Below, in pieces: positions 1 to 8,887 of a stretch of DNA of 64,000 nucleotides. Origin of the DNA: Candidatus Latescibacterota bacterium (GTDB taxonomy: Bacteria > Latescibacterota > UBA2968 > UBA8231); the NCBI GenBank assembly GCA_965203175.1, contig OZ241867.1, forward strand, positions 1,952,001 to 2,016,000, given 5' to 3'. Position numbers and translations under genes: made by a program. Below the pieces are notes generated by a model that was not told where the DNA came from, did no database searches, and saw only the letters and a program-made list of their open reading frames with translations. Every line of letters starts with the position of its first letter. Positions within the stretch are counted from its first letter, which is position 1.

Positions 1-1779
1 GCCCAAACCCGCTGGGACTGCAATATCCGCGAACGTTCCGTCGCCGTTATTGAGGTATAAAAAAGGTCGATTGGGCTCAATTGCGCGGCCTTCTACCCAG
101 CTATTGAGCACATCCTCGAAAGCGCTCATAGTCGAAGCGAAAAGGTCGAGTTGGCCGTCGTTATTAAAATCAAAGAAAAAGGTTACGTAGCCGCCTTCTA
201 GGGGGAAGATCACCCCAGTTTGGTCCGCTCTGTCCACAAAAGTGCCGTCGGTCCCATTGTGGTAGAGCCGATTGGGCGTGCCAATATTTACGACGTAGAG
301 ATCCAAATACCCATCTCCATCGTAATCGCCAAAGGCCGTGCCGATGGTCTTGCTCGAATCCGCTGTTCCCGATGCTTGGCCAATATCTACAAACGTCCCA
401 TCTCGCTGGTTGTACCATAAATTATTGCGTCCACCATCGCCAATGACCCCATTGGCTACATAGAGGTCCAAATACCCGTCGAGATCTACATCGCCCCAAG
501 CGGCCGTAAAACTGGCTTGGGCCTCGTCTAGGCCCGCTCTTTGCGCCACATCTACAAAGCGATCATCCTCATTGCGATAGAGGGAATTGGCTGCTGCGCC
601 TTCCCAAGCGTCTCGGGTCACAAAAAGATCGGCGTCCCCATCGTTGTCGAAATCCGCGGCCGCCCCTCCCCAACCACCTCGCGAATCGTCCAAGCCCCAA
701 AGAAGGGTTACATCCTCAAACCGGCCCTGCCCTTCGTTGCGGTAGAGGGCGTGGGTACTCTGGATACCGACACTGAAGAGATCCTGATCGCCATCGCCGT
801 CAAAGTCGAGCCAAGCGCTACCCCGACCTCGGTCGCGTTTATCGACGCCGGTCTGGGATCCAATATCGACGAAGGCCACGGCTGAGTTAGCTGACATCTG
901 GACAAAGGGATTGAAGCGGTAGCGCTCGGGCAAATCCGCCGGATAACCGCCCTGCCGCTCCCAAGCTAGTCTGAGCAGCCATAGGCTTTTGAGGCGTTCG
1001 GGATAGTGGTCCAGATTTTGGTCTACCGCCTGTCGCAGCAACGGGATAACGTCCTTATGGCCGCCCCAAAACGCGGCTGTGCCTGCCAACAATCCAACAT
1101 AACCGTCATCGGGGTAGACTTCGAGCAGCGAGCTAGCCACTTCGACCGCCTCATTAAATTCACCTAGTCGTAGTTGCGCTTCGAGCAACATCAAACCCGC
1201 GTCTCTGTGAGTAGGCGCTTGGCGCAGGATCTGGCGGCTCAGATCGCGGGCTTCGCCCAAATCCATGGTAGAGGCCGCTTTCAACGCTAATTCGGCTAAT
1301 AGCAACTGGGCATCCAAAGACTGGGGATGCTCGCGCAAAACCTCGGTGGCTATGGTTTGAGCTTCCAAAGCCCGGCCTTCAAAGGCCATCAGCCGCGCCT
1401 GGAGGACTCGCGCCTCGGGCCGCCCACGCAAATCGGGCGGAAGCTGTAGAAGAGTCAGACGGATGGGATCGGCTTGGCTTAGATCGCGGCTTGCACTTGG
1501 GCTACACAGCTCCCACAGGATGTTCTGAGCCCGACTCTTGCGCCCCTGCTTGAGGCTGATTTCACTCAAGCGAACTAACGCCACAGTGCTGTCGGGGGCC
1601 AGTTGCAATACTTTCTGGAAGCGCTCGCCGGCTTGGTCAAGGTGGTCGGTGTAGAAGTAGCGCAGCCCTTCCTCGTAGAGCCGATCGCTCTCTGGCTTGG
1701 ATATTTTGGACTCGGAACAGCTTAAAAATGCAGAAAAAAAAGCGAGGATGCCGATGAGACTAACAAATCGATTTGACAT
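1..1779 (-). CDS. TPR + FG-GAP/VCBS-repeat lipoprotein (CRTAC1/ASPIC-UnbV-like), 3' end runs off the window
   Basis: Absent from the ORF track because it has no stop in the window. Manual translation from ATG 1779 gives MSNRFVSLIGILAFFSAFLSC (lipobox-like), a helical TPR-like region, then repeated DFDGDGDQDLF / DFDNDGDADLFV / DVDLDGYLDLYV / DYDGDGYLDLYV / DFNNDGQLDLF motifs with LYxNxG. Confidence 0.85.
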   Translation of the reverse strand, partial: MSNRFVSLIGILAFFSAFLSCSESKISKPESDRLYEEGLRYFYTDHLDQAGERFQKVLQLAPDSTVALVRLSEISLKQGRKSRAQNILWELCSPSASRDLSQADPIRLTLLQLPPDLRGRPEARVLQARLMAFEGRALEAQTIATEVLREHPQSLDAQLLLAELALKAASTMDLGEARDLSRQILRQAPTHRDAGLMLLEAQLRLGEFNEAVEVASSLLEVYPDDGYVGLLAGTAAFWGGHKDVIPLLRQAVDQNLDHYPERLKSLWLLRLAWERQGGYPADLPERYRFNPFVQMSANSAVAFVDIGSQTGVDKRDRGRGSAWLDFDGDGDQDLFSVGIQSTHALYRNEGQGRFEDVTLLWGLDDSRGGWGGAAADFDNDGDADLFVTRDAWEGAAANSLYRNEDDRFVDVAQRAGLDEAQASFTAAWGDVDLDGYLDLYVANGVIGDGGRNNLWYNQRDGTFVDIGQASGTADSSKTIGTAFGDYDGDGYLDLYVVNIGTPNRLYHNGTDGTFVDRADQTGVIFPLEGGYVTFFFDFNNDGQLDLFASTMSAFEDVLNSWVEGRAIEPNRPFLYLNNGDGTFADIAVPAGLG

Positions 1780-1782
1780 TGC

Positions 1783-3174
1783 TCAGAAAGATGCTTCCAA
1801 CCAAGCCAGTTTGGTCTCGGCTTGGGGATAGTCGGGATTCAGTTCCAGGACCTTCTTGAGTAATGTTTTGGCTTCCTCGTAATTTTTGCGCTGAATTTGG
1901 GTTAGGGCCAAAGCATAGTGGGCCTCAACGTAAACGGGAAGATGCGTCGGGGCCCACTCTAGGGTCCGGCGCAGCGCGACATCGGCTTTCTGGTACTCTT
2001 TGCTCAATAATGAGGAACGGCCTAGGCCAAAGGCGGCACGCACCGAAGTAGAGTCGAGAGCAATAGCCTCTGCAAAAGATTTCTGAGCCGCGGCAAAATC
2101 CCGCGCGAGGAGATGAGTTTCCCCCAATAGCGAATGGGCTTCGACATGTTCGGGCTCTAAACTGAGGATTCGTTCCAAAAGGTGGCGAGCACTTTGCGGG
2201 TCATTTGCCTGTAAATGCACAATACACAAGCTGAGGTACGCGTCGACAAAAGCAGAATCGATCTCTATAGCTTGGGAGAAAGAAGTAATTGCCTGCTCTC
2301 GTTTACCTTTGAGCAGGTAGATTTGCCCCTGATCATAGTGGCGCTTGGCCGCACTCAGGCGCTGGTAAATTTGCAGTGCTTTGGCCGCTTCGTCGGCTCT
2401 TTCCATCCGGTTGAGGACTTGGTGATGCAAATAGTGGGCTTGGGCGTGGCGCGGTTCTTGGGCGATGGCTTGTGCTAGGGCAGACATGGCTTCTCCATGT
2501 CTGCCCGCTTGGGTTTGCAAGGTGGCCAAGGCAACGAGGGCGGCTACGTGCTGGGGTGCCAGCACCAACAGTTTCTCGTATCCAGCCTCGGCTTCGGCGG
2601 GTCTGCCGCTGCGCCCGAGCAATTCGCTGCGGTGGTAGAGGGCATCTACAAAATCAGGTTCTAAATCCAGTGCTGCTTCAAAAGCGGCAATGGCCCCATT
2701 GAAATCTGCCGTAGCTCTCAGAGATTTGCCGAGCTGATAGCGATAGAGCGCTTTTTCTGGTTCCAACTTAATGGCGCGCTGATACTGAAATATAGCCTCG
2801 GGGTAGCGGTGTTCGGCACTAAGAGCATCCCCCAAGACAAAGCGAAAAGAACCATTGAGCGAATCGAGTTCCACAGCCCGTTGAAGCGGGAGAATAGCCA
2901 GCCCGTATTCACCTAGGCGAACGTGAGCTAGCCCCCAGTTAAAGTGGACTGATGGGAGTTTGGGCACCCGTTTTGCGGCTTGGTGCAGAATGGTCAGCGC
3001 TTTGCGCGGCTGGCCCTGTTTTAAAAAGAAAGCCCCTCGGTTGACCAACCGTACACCTTCTGGATCCTGCGCTATAGGGCGAGGGCGAGTCTCTTCGGGA
3101 GGGGGGGTATCAGTGCTGCAAGCATACAAGAGTAGGACACCCCAAAAGGCGCGGCAGCAGCGGTGCATAGACAT
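1783..3174 (-). CDS. Tetratricopeptide-repeat lipoprotein
   Basis: LLLYAC lipobox-like N-terminus. Many 34-aa TPR-type repeats (e.g. YRYQLGKSLRATADFNGAIAAFEAALDLEP). Confidence 0.9.
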   Translation of the reverse strand: MSMHRCCRAFWGVLLLYACSTDTPPPEETRPRPIAQDPEGVRLVNRGAFFLKQGQPRKALTILHQAAKRVPKLPSVHFNWGLAHVRLGEYGLAILPLQRAVELDSLNGSFRFVLGDALSAEHRYPEAIFQYQRAIKLEPEKALYRYQLGKSLRATADFNGAIAAFEAALDLEPDFVDALYHRSELLGRSGRPAEAEAGYEKLLVLAPQHVAALVALATLQTQAGRHGEAMSALAQAIAQEPRHAQAHYLHHQVLNRMERADEAAKALQIYQRLSAAKRHYDQGQIYLLKGKREQAITSFSQAIEIDSAFVDAYLSLCIVHLQANDPQSARHLLERILSLEPEHVEAHSLLGETHLLARDFAAAQKSFAEAIALDSTSVRAAFGLGRSSLLSKEYQKADVALRRTLEWAPTHLPVYVEAHYALALTQIQRKNYEEAKTLLKKVLELNPDYPQAETKLAWLEASF

Positions 3175-3290
3175 CGCGGACTCATTCCAATTGTCGCGGG
3201 CCCTTTTTTCTTTTTACCATACATAGGCGTTACGGCAATATAATCCCCGATCTGAAAAGCAGCAATGTACTTACTACAGGCACCCATATC

Positions 3291-6080
3291 GTGCAGCTTC
3301 TGATTGCGCTCATCTGCTTTTTCCTTTCCGGCTTTGCGGGCCTAGTATACGAGGTGGTCTGGATTCGCCAAGCTTCATTGCTGTTCGGCTCCACTACCTT
3401 TGCCCTCAGCACAGTTCTAGCGGTTTTCTTCCTAGGCCTAGCCTGCGGTTCGTACCTCTTCGGCCGCTACGGTCAGCGGACCGGCCATCCTCTACTCGTT
3501 TTTGCTCTGGTTGAAATCGGCTTGGGGCTTTCGGCGCTAGCCAGTCCATATGCCTTCGAATTGGCAGACATCCTCTACGGCGCAGTTTACCGGTCCCTAG
3601 CCGGGCACGCCATTTTGCACTTCCTGACTCGGATTGTTCTAGTGGGATTCGCGGTCTTGCCGCCGACTGTTCTCATGGGTGCCACCCTCCCTCTCTTCTG
3701 TCGTCAGTTTGTGCGCAGCGATGCTAAAATTGTCCGTTCCGTCGGCTTGCTCTACGGCATCAACACTTTGGGCGCAGCCTTGGGTTGTGTCTGCGCCGGA
3801 TTTGTCCTTTTGCCTGAGCTAGGCTTTCTGAGCACAGTGCGACTTGGCGCCGTTCTGAACATACTCGTAGGCATCGTCGCAGGAGCTCTGCCAATCGCCA
3901 GAAGCGGACTGGCTCGACCTCGGCTTCTAAGGACTGAAGAGAGAGGTCATTGGGGTGTATTTGCGCTGTTTTTTGCCGTTGGCTTTGTAGCGTTGGGAAG
4001 CGAGGTGCTGTGGACGCGCTATTTGGGACTTTTGATCGCCAATACAGTGTACACCTACACGCTGACCTTGGCCGTAGTGCTAGTGGGTTTAGTGCTGGGG
4101 AGCGTACTAGCCTCTCTGTTCTTTGATAGGACAATACATAGAGCGCGGTATTTTGGCATTCTCCAGGTGCTTTTAGGGCTGGTGGTACTCCTCCTAATGA
4201 TGCTCCCAGCGGACATCTGGCGACGTCTAGGGGAGGAGTGGTGGGTTTATGCAGTTTTACTGCTGCCTCCCGCTGTTTTAGGAGGTGCATCTTTTCCGCT
4301 GGCGGTGAGAATGGTGGTCGAGGACGCATCCGCAGCGAGTGGTGGCACGGGAAAAATCGCCGCAGTCAACACATTGGGGGGAATCGCGGGGGCGTTGGCG
4401 ATCGGTTTTGTGGGCCTGCCATTCTTCGGTCTGGAGAGCAGTCTCCTCTTCGTCACGGGCACGAGCTTGGCTGTCGGGTTCGCTGCGTGGATCTGGCTCG
4501 ACCGCACATCTACCCCAGCCGTTAAATCGGCATTCATAGGGCTCTTCTCGTGCGTATGGCTCGGAGTTCCCTACCTGCTGCCCACCCGTATTCCCGCCGA
4601 CTTTCTGGGCGAGCGGGAAGAGCTTGTCGGCTTCCGCGAGGGCTACGGCTCCAACTTGGCGGTCATCCGCCAAGATCGTGGACTTCAACTCGAGATCAAC
4701 CGCTGGTGGCAAGGCCGGGATCGCAAAACACACCAAGTAATGGCGGCCCATGTCCCCATGTTGTTGCATCCCGATCCCAAGCGAGTCCTCTTGGTGGGCG
4801 TCGGCACCGGCCAGACCGCAGCTCGCTTCCTGCTCTACTCGATTGACCGCCTAGAGTGCGTCGATATCGAACCCACCATCTTCAGTTTTATCCGCCCCCA
4901 TTTCGACTCCCGGTGGATGGAAGATCCCAGAGTCGAACTGATCGGTGCCGACGGCCGCAACTATCTGCGCCATACCCCTTCAACGTACGATGTGATCTCC
5001 CTCGAATTGGGCCAGCTTTCCCGTCCCGGCGTGGCATCTTTCTATACGGTCGACTTCTATCGCCAAGTGAAAAAACGGCTGCGCTCTGGCGGTTTTCTGG
5101 TCCAATTTGTCCCCTTATCCCTTTTGACCACCAACCATTTTCGCAGCACTGTGCAGAGCTTTCTCAAGGCTTTCCCCCACAGCCTATTGTGGTACAATAC
5201 TTCAGAACTGCTGCTCATCGGCAGTGGACGGGATTTCGCCATTGATCGGACCATTGTCGAAGGACGTCTATCCAGCGAAAAAATTCGCCGCGATCTGGAG
5301 TACAGCCACTGGGGAGGCCCCCTCTACTGGCTCAACCGGCCACAGGTCTTTTTGGGCAGTTATCTGATGGGATCTGGTGGTTTAGCCGAACTGGCGAATG
5401 AGGCTCCGGTCTACGAGGACGATCAGCCCGTTCTCGACTATGCGGTCGCTCGCGCTTTTGTACATCGGACAAACGCACTCCCGACGCTCGATCTTTTGCA
5501 CCAGCATTTAGAACCCCTCGCCGCCTTGATGCCTATTGGGTCCGATGAAAAGAGGACCATTGAGGAAATACGGACCAAAAACCTGCGGGAAATTGCCGCT
5601 AGCGCCGCCCTCCGGCAAGCCAAAGTCCTAATCGCCGTCCGCAACTATCAGGGAGCCTCAAAGCTATTGGCAGGTGCCCTGCACCAACTCCCCGAGCACT
5701 TAGTGGTTAGGCGCACACTAGCGGATGTACTGATGCGCTTGGGCCACTTCGCAGAAGCGAGGGCTCACTACACCCAAGTCGTAGAAATCTCCCCTCGAGA
5801 TGTACAGGCCTTGGACGGCTTGGCTCTGGCATTCCACCAGTTGGGGCACCTCGACGAGGCGATCCACCACTACAAGGCGGCCCTACGGCTACAGCCCGAC
5901 CGGGCGGAAACCTGCAGCAATCTCGGAGGAGCGCTAGCCCGGCGAGGAAAGCTAAAAGAAGCCCAGTTTTATCTCGAAAAAGCACTCAAAATCAAAGCTG
6001 ACTTCGCCGATGCCAAACGCAACCTCGCCCAAGTACAAGCAGCCTTACAGCGAAGGGAAAAGTCGCGCACTGTACCGTGA
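3291..6080 (+). CDS. Fused multi-TM membrane / spermidine-synthase-like SAM-dependent domain protein with C-terminal TPRs
   Basis: N-terminus FLSGFAGLVYEVVWIR and LYGINTLGAALG motifs of the fused MFS/spermidine synthase family. VLLVGVGTGQT..CVDIEP..ADGRNYL SAM-binding motifs. About 4 TPRs at the C-terminus. Confidence 0.88.
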   Translation: MQLLIALICFFLSGFAGLVYEVVWIRQASLLFGSTTFALSTVLAVFFLGLACGSYLFGRYGQRTGHPLLVFALVEIGLGLSALASPYAFELADILYGAVYRSLAGHAILHFLTRIVLVGFAVLPPTVLMGATLPLFCRQFVRSDAKIVRSVGLLYGINTLGAALGCVCAGFVLLPELGFLSTVRLGAVLNILVGIVAGALPIARSGLARPRLLRTEERGHWGVFALFFAVGFVALGSEVLWTRYLGLLIANTVYTYTLTLAVVLVGLVLGSVLASLFFDRTIHRARYFGILQVLLGLVVLLLMMLPADIWRRLGEEWWVYAVLLLPPAVLGGASFPLAVRMVVEDASAASGGTGKIAAVNTLGGIAGALAIGFVGLPFFGLESSLLFVTGTSLAVGFAAWIWLDRTSTPAVKSAFIGLFSCVWLGVPYLLPTRIPADFLGEREELVGFREGYGSNLAVIRQDRGLQLEINRWWQGRDRKTHQVMAAHVPMLLHPDPKRVLLVGVGTGQTAARFLLYSIDRLECVDIEPTIFSFIRPHFDSRWMEDPRVELIGADGRNYLRHTPSTYDVISLELGQLSRPGVASFYTVDFYRQVKKRLRSGGFLVQFVPLSLLTTNHFRSTVQSFLKAFPHSLLWYNTSELLLIGSGRDFAIDRTIVEGRLSSEKIRRDLEYSHWGGPLYWLNRPQVFLGSYLMGSGGLAELANEAPVYEDDQPVLDYAVARAFVHRTNALPTLDLLHQHLEPLAALMPIGSDEKRTIEEIRTKNLREIAASAALRQAKVLIAVRNYQGASKLLAGALHQLPEHLVVRRTLADVLMRLGHFAEARAHYTQVVEISPRDVQALDGLALAFHQLGHLDEAIHHYKAALRLQPDRAETCSNLGGALARRGKLKEAQFYLEKALKIKADFADAKRNLAQVQAALQRREKSRTVP

Positions 6081-6095
6081 ATCTGGACTCGCTTT

Positions 6096-6992
6096 TTACC
6101 GCACGAGCGTCATCTTGCGGCTCTCTGTTCTATTCCCACTGCGCAAACGGTAAAAGTAAATGCCGGAGGGTACTAGCTGTCCTCCGGCGTCCCGCCCCTC
6201 CCAGTTTACCCTATAACGACCGGTCTGCAACCGCCCAACTACCAGATTGACCACAGGCCGTCCCAAGACGTCGAAAACCTGCAAATGCACTTCTGTTTCA
6301 CTAGACACGCTAAAAGGGATGACCGTGCCGCTGTTAAAGGGATTGGGGTAATTCCTCTCCAACTCAAAATTCCCCGGTTGACTATCCGACATCTCCAGCT
6401 CTGCGGTCGCCTCTAGCTGCTCCAGTTCCTTATCTCCAGCCACAAGCGTCGCACCCAAATTATCCAGCGCCCACCCAATGTGCTGGCGGATAACCTGTTC
6501 GTTGAACCGACGGGCAACAGCGCCCATCGAACGATAGCGCAAAATCCCCTCGTGGTCGATCACCGCGTAGTTATGCTGGGAAAAACCATAGAGGGCCCCT
6601 ACTGCACTGGCCTGGAGAAGAAGAGGGTAGGTCGTCCCTGTTCTCTGGCGAAAACTCAAGTCCACCTGTTGGCTGATGCCATCCGCTACATCCATGCCAA
6701 CCAAGACGAATTCCTCCCCTTTAAAATCCTGCCAAATCCGCTCTATCTTCGCGGCCTCCGCGAGACAGTGACTTCAGATAAAACCAAAAAAATTGATGAA
6801 GACCACCTTGCCGCGGAAGTCGTTCAGAGACACATAGTCGCCCTCTAGCTGCTGCAAAGTGAAGTCCGGCGCTAGATCGCCCACCTCGGGCACTTGCCCC
6901 ATCGTCCCTTGGACGCTTAACAGCAGAGCGATCAGCGGTCCCCCAAAAACACCGCTCCTCACCCTTATACAGTAGTTTCTCACCTTGACCAT
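6096..6992 (-). CDS. Probable selenoprotein: exported AhpC/TSA-TlpA-like redoxin (UxxC) with C-terminal FlgD-Ig/T9SS-type sorting domain
   Basis: ORFs 6774..6992 and 6096..6704 are in one frame, separated only by TGA 6774-6776. Read-through gives VGDLAPDFTL...GKVVFINFFGFI-U-SHCLAEA. The C-terminus is NYPNPFN...VFDVLGRPV...WEGRD...SGIYFYRL...RKMTLVR. Confidence 0.82.
6743..6768 (-). promoter_or_regulatory. Putative bacterial SECIS hairpin
   Basis: Minus-strand CUGUCUCGCGG-AGG-CCGCG(A)AGAUAG starts 5 nt after the UGA. The G-containing apical loop begins 16 nt downstream of the UGA. Confidence 0.7.
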
Positions 6993-7061
6993 TTTAGTAT
7001 ATTTTGTCTGTTTTATTTGACCCGTAATTTATGTTGGTTCCCGCAAACAGAAGAAGATTCA

Positions 7062-8708
7062 ATGAAACACCTCCTACTGGCCTGCTTGGTTTTTTCGACT
7101 AGCTGCAGCCCTCCCGAAGAATCTCTCGTGGCGGAAGTTGGCCCGCAGCAGATCAGCGCACGCCTGTTGCGCCTCTATGTGGAAGAACTGCCCGACGGGC
7201 TACGGACCCAAAAGACGGGCGATGAGGCCCGCCAGTACTACCTCCAAGCCCTGATAGACCGCCGACTTTTGCTGCTCGAAACCCGTTCCCGAGGACTCGA
7301 TACCACTACCACTTTTCAAAATTCAGTCCAAGACGCCGTCAATGCCCGGGTCAGGTCGATATATAAATCACAGGAAATAGCTTCTAAAGTCAAAATATCA
7401 AGTGAGACAGTACGTCGCCATTTCGAAAGGGAGGGCTACGGTCGAGAGCGCCTCCTCAACGCCATCAAAGTAGGGAGCCGGGCTGCCATCGACACCGTTC
7501 TTCAGGAGCTGAGGGCAGGCCGCCCCTTTGAGGAGGTCGCCCGGGCTCGCTCTCTGGACGAGCGCTCGGCCGAACGGGGTGGCGAGTTGGGCTTTATCGG
7601 TCGGGACCAGCTCGAGTCGCTTCACATCCCACCGCCGGTCTTCAAGAACCTACCTCAAGATCAACTCTCAGAGCCCCTGCCCGCCGGTTCTGCGTGGCAT
7701 ATTCTGCGCTTTAGTGAAGACCGGCCGGCCTCTTATGAGAAATACCAAGGGAGGATTGCCAGTCTGCTTTACCAAAAGCGCCTTGCCCAAGCAGAGGCCG
7801 AACACTTGGAGCAACTGCGCGATTCCTTCAACGTCCTCTTAAACTCGTCTGCCCTGCGCGAGTTAGTCAACGCCTATCAGGCAAAGCAACCCGCGCTCAT
7901 AGCGGGAAATTCAACGCCTTTATACACCTATAAAGGCGGCGAAATAACCCTGGGGCAGGTCCAGGAATTTTTGCGTCAGAGGAATATCAGTTTTGGCCTT
8001 GCAGACAGCGCTCAAGCTGCGGTTGCCCTGAACCGGTATTTTTTGGAGGCCCATCTGATCCAGGAAGCAGCCCGCAAAGACGGTTTTTACCAAACGCCTG
8101 AGATGCAGAAGTTTGTCGAGCGCACCGCGAATGCCAACCTTCTTGAAATCGTGAGAAAGAGCGTCATAGCCGACCTAATTGACCTCTCTGAAGAAGACGT
8201 GCGCCACTATTACGACACCCATTTGGAGACCTTCCGCCACAGCGAGGCCGTTTGGATTGAGGAGGTGCTGCTCCCCACCCAAGCCGACGCCCTACAGGTC
8301 AAAGCCCAAATAGAAGCAGGCGCATCCTTTGATCAATTTGTCGATAAGAGCTTGAGGGCCGACGCACAAAAATACAATGGGCGATATCATTTCCACATGC
8401 TGGGAAAAGCTCGCTATCCCGTGCTTGTACCCGCTGTTTTCCAATCCCAACAGGGCCAACTCGAAGGTCCTTTGCAAGTAGAGGGAGGCTACTCTGTATT
8501 CCGCGTCCTAGAACGGGAAGAAAGCAGCATCGAACCTTTTGAAACTGTTCAACAGCGGGCTCGAGCACTGGTCCGTCTAGAGCGGGAGACCCAAGCGCTA
8601 AATGCCTTTTTGGTGCAACTGAGGGAGAAATATGCTGACCAAGTCAAAATCTACCCCGACCGCCTCAAGGAAGCAGTGCCCGACTCCCTATTGCTAGTCC
8701 AAAACTAA
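7062..8708 (+). CDS. Peptidyl-prolyl cis-trans isomerase lipoprotein (two PpiC/parvulin domains; PrsA/SurA-like foldase)
   Basis: MKHLLLACLVFSTSC lipobox. First parvulin: FEEVARARSLD..SAERGGELGFI. Second parvulin: GASFDQFV...GPLQVEGGYSVFRV. Start placed at ATG 7062. Confidence 0.85.
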   Translation: MKHLLLACLVFSTSCSPPEESLVAEVGPQQISARLLRLYVEELPDGLRTQKTGDEARQYYLQALIDRRLLLLETRSRGLDTTTTFQNSVQDAVNARVRSIYKSQEIASKVKISSETVRRHFEREGYGRERLLNAIKVGSRAAIDTVLQELRAGRPFEEVARARSLDERSAERGGELGFIGRDQLESLHIPPPVFKNLPQDQLSEPLPAGSAWHILRFSEDRPASYEKYQGRIASLLYQKRLAQAEAEHLEQLRDSFNVLLNSSALRELVNAYQAKQPALIAGNSTPLYTYKGGEITLGQVQEFLRQRNISFGLADSAQAAVALNRYFLEAHLIQEAARKDGFYQTPEMQKFVERTANANLLEIVRKSVIADLIDLSEEDVRHYYDTHLETFRHSEAVWIEEVLLPTQADALQVKAQIEAGASFDQFVDKSLRADAQKYNGRYHFHMLGKARYPVLVPAVFQSQQGQLEGPLQVEGGYSVFRVLEREESSIEPFETVQQRARALVRLERETQALNAFLVQLREKYADQVKIYPDRLKEAVPDSLLLVQN

Positions 8709-8816
8709 ATTCAGCGCTATTTTGTGGATTCGCGTCGGCGTGCAACCGTCTCAAGCGAGCAACTCACGCTGTGAGCACCTATCCTCGATAACCGCCATTA
8801 AACGATTTTAAAAAAA

Positions 8817-8846
8817 TTGTCTATAATGACCTGTATTTCTTAGAAT
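8817..8846 (+). promoter_or_regulatory. Possible sigma-70 promoter
   Basis: TTGTCT-18 nt-TAGAAT with an AT-rich upstream tract, ahead of the AGGAGG-ATG at 8888. Confidence 0.4.
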
Positions 8847-8887
8847 AATACTGTACGATGCGATTGATATGCGCACAGGAGGCCCCT

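Noticed and set aside
220-885. Plus-strand ORFs with repeated IxIPIxIVI patterns
   Set aside because: Antisense translation of the FG-GAP repeats of the minus-strand gene.
6096-6992. Nonsense pseudogene interpretation of the split redoxin
   Set aside because: The stop sits exactly at the catalytic Cys position, is followed by a SECIS-like hairpin, and both halves are otherwise intact.
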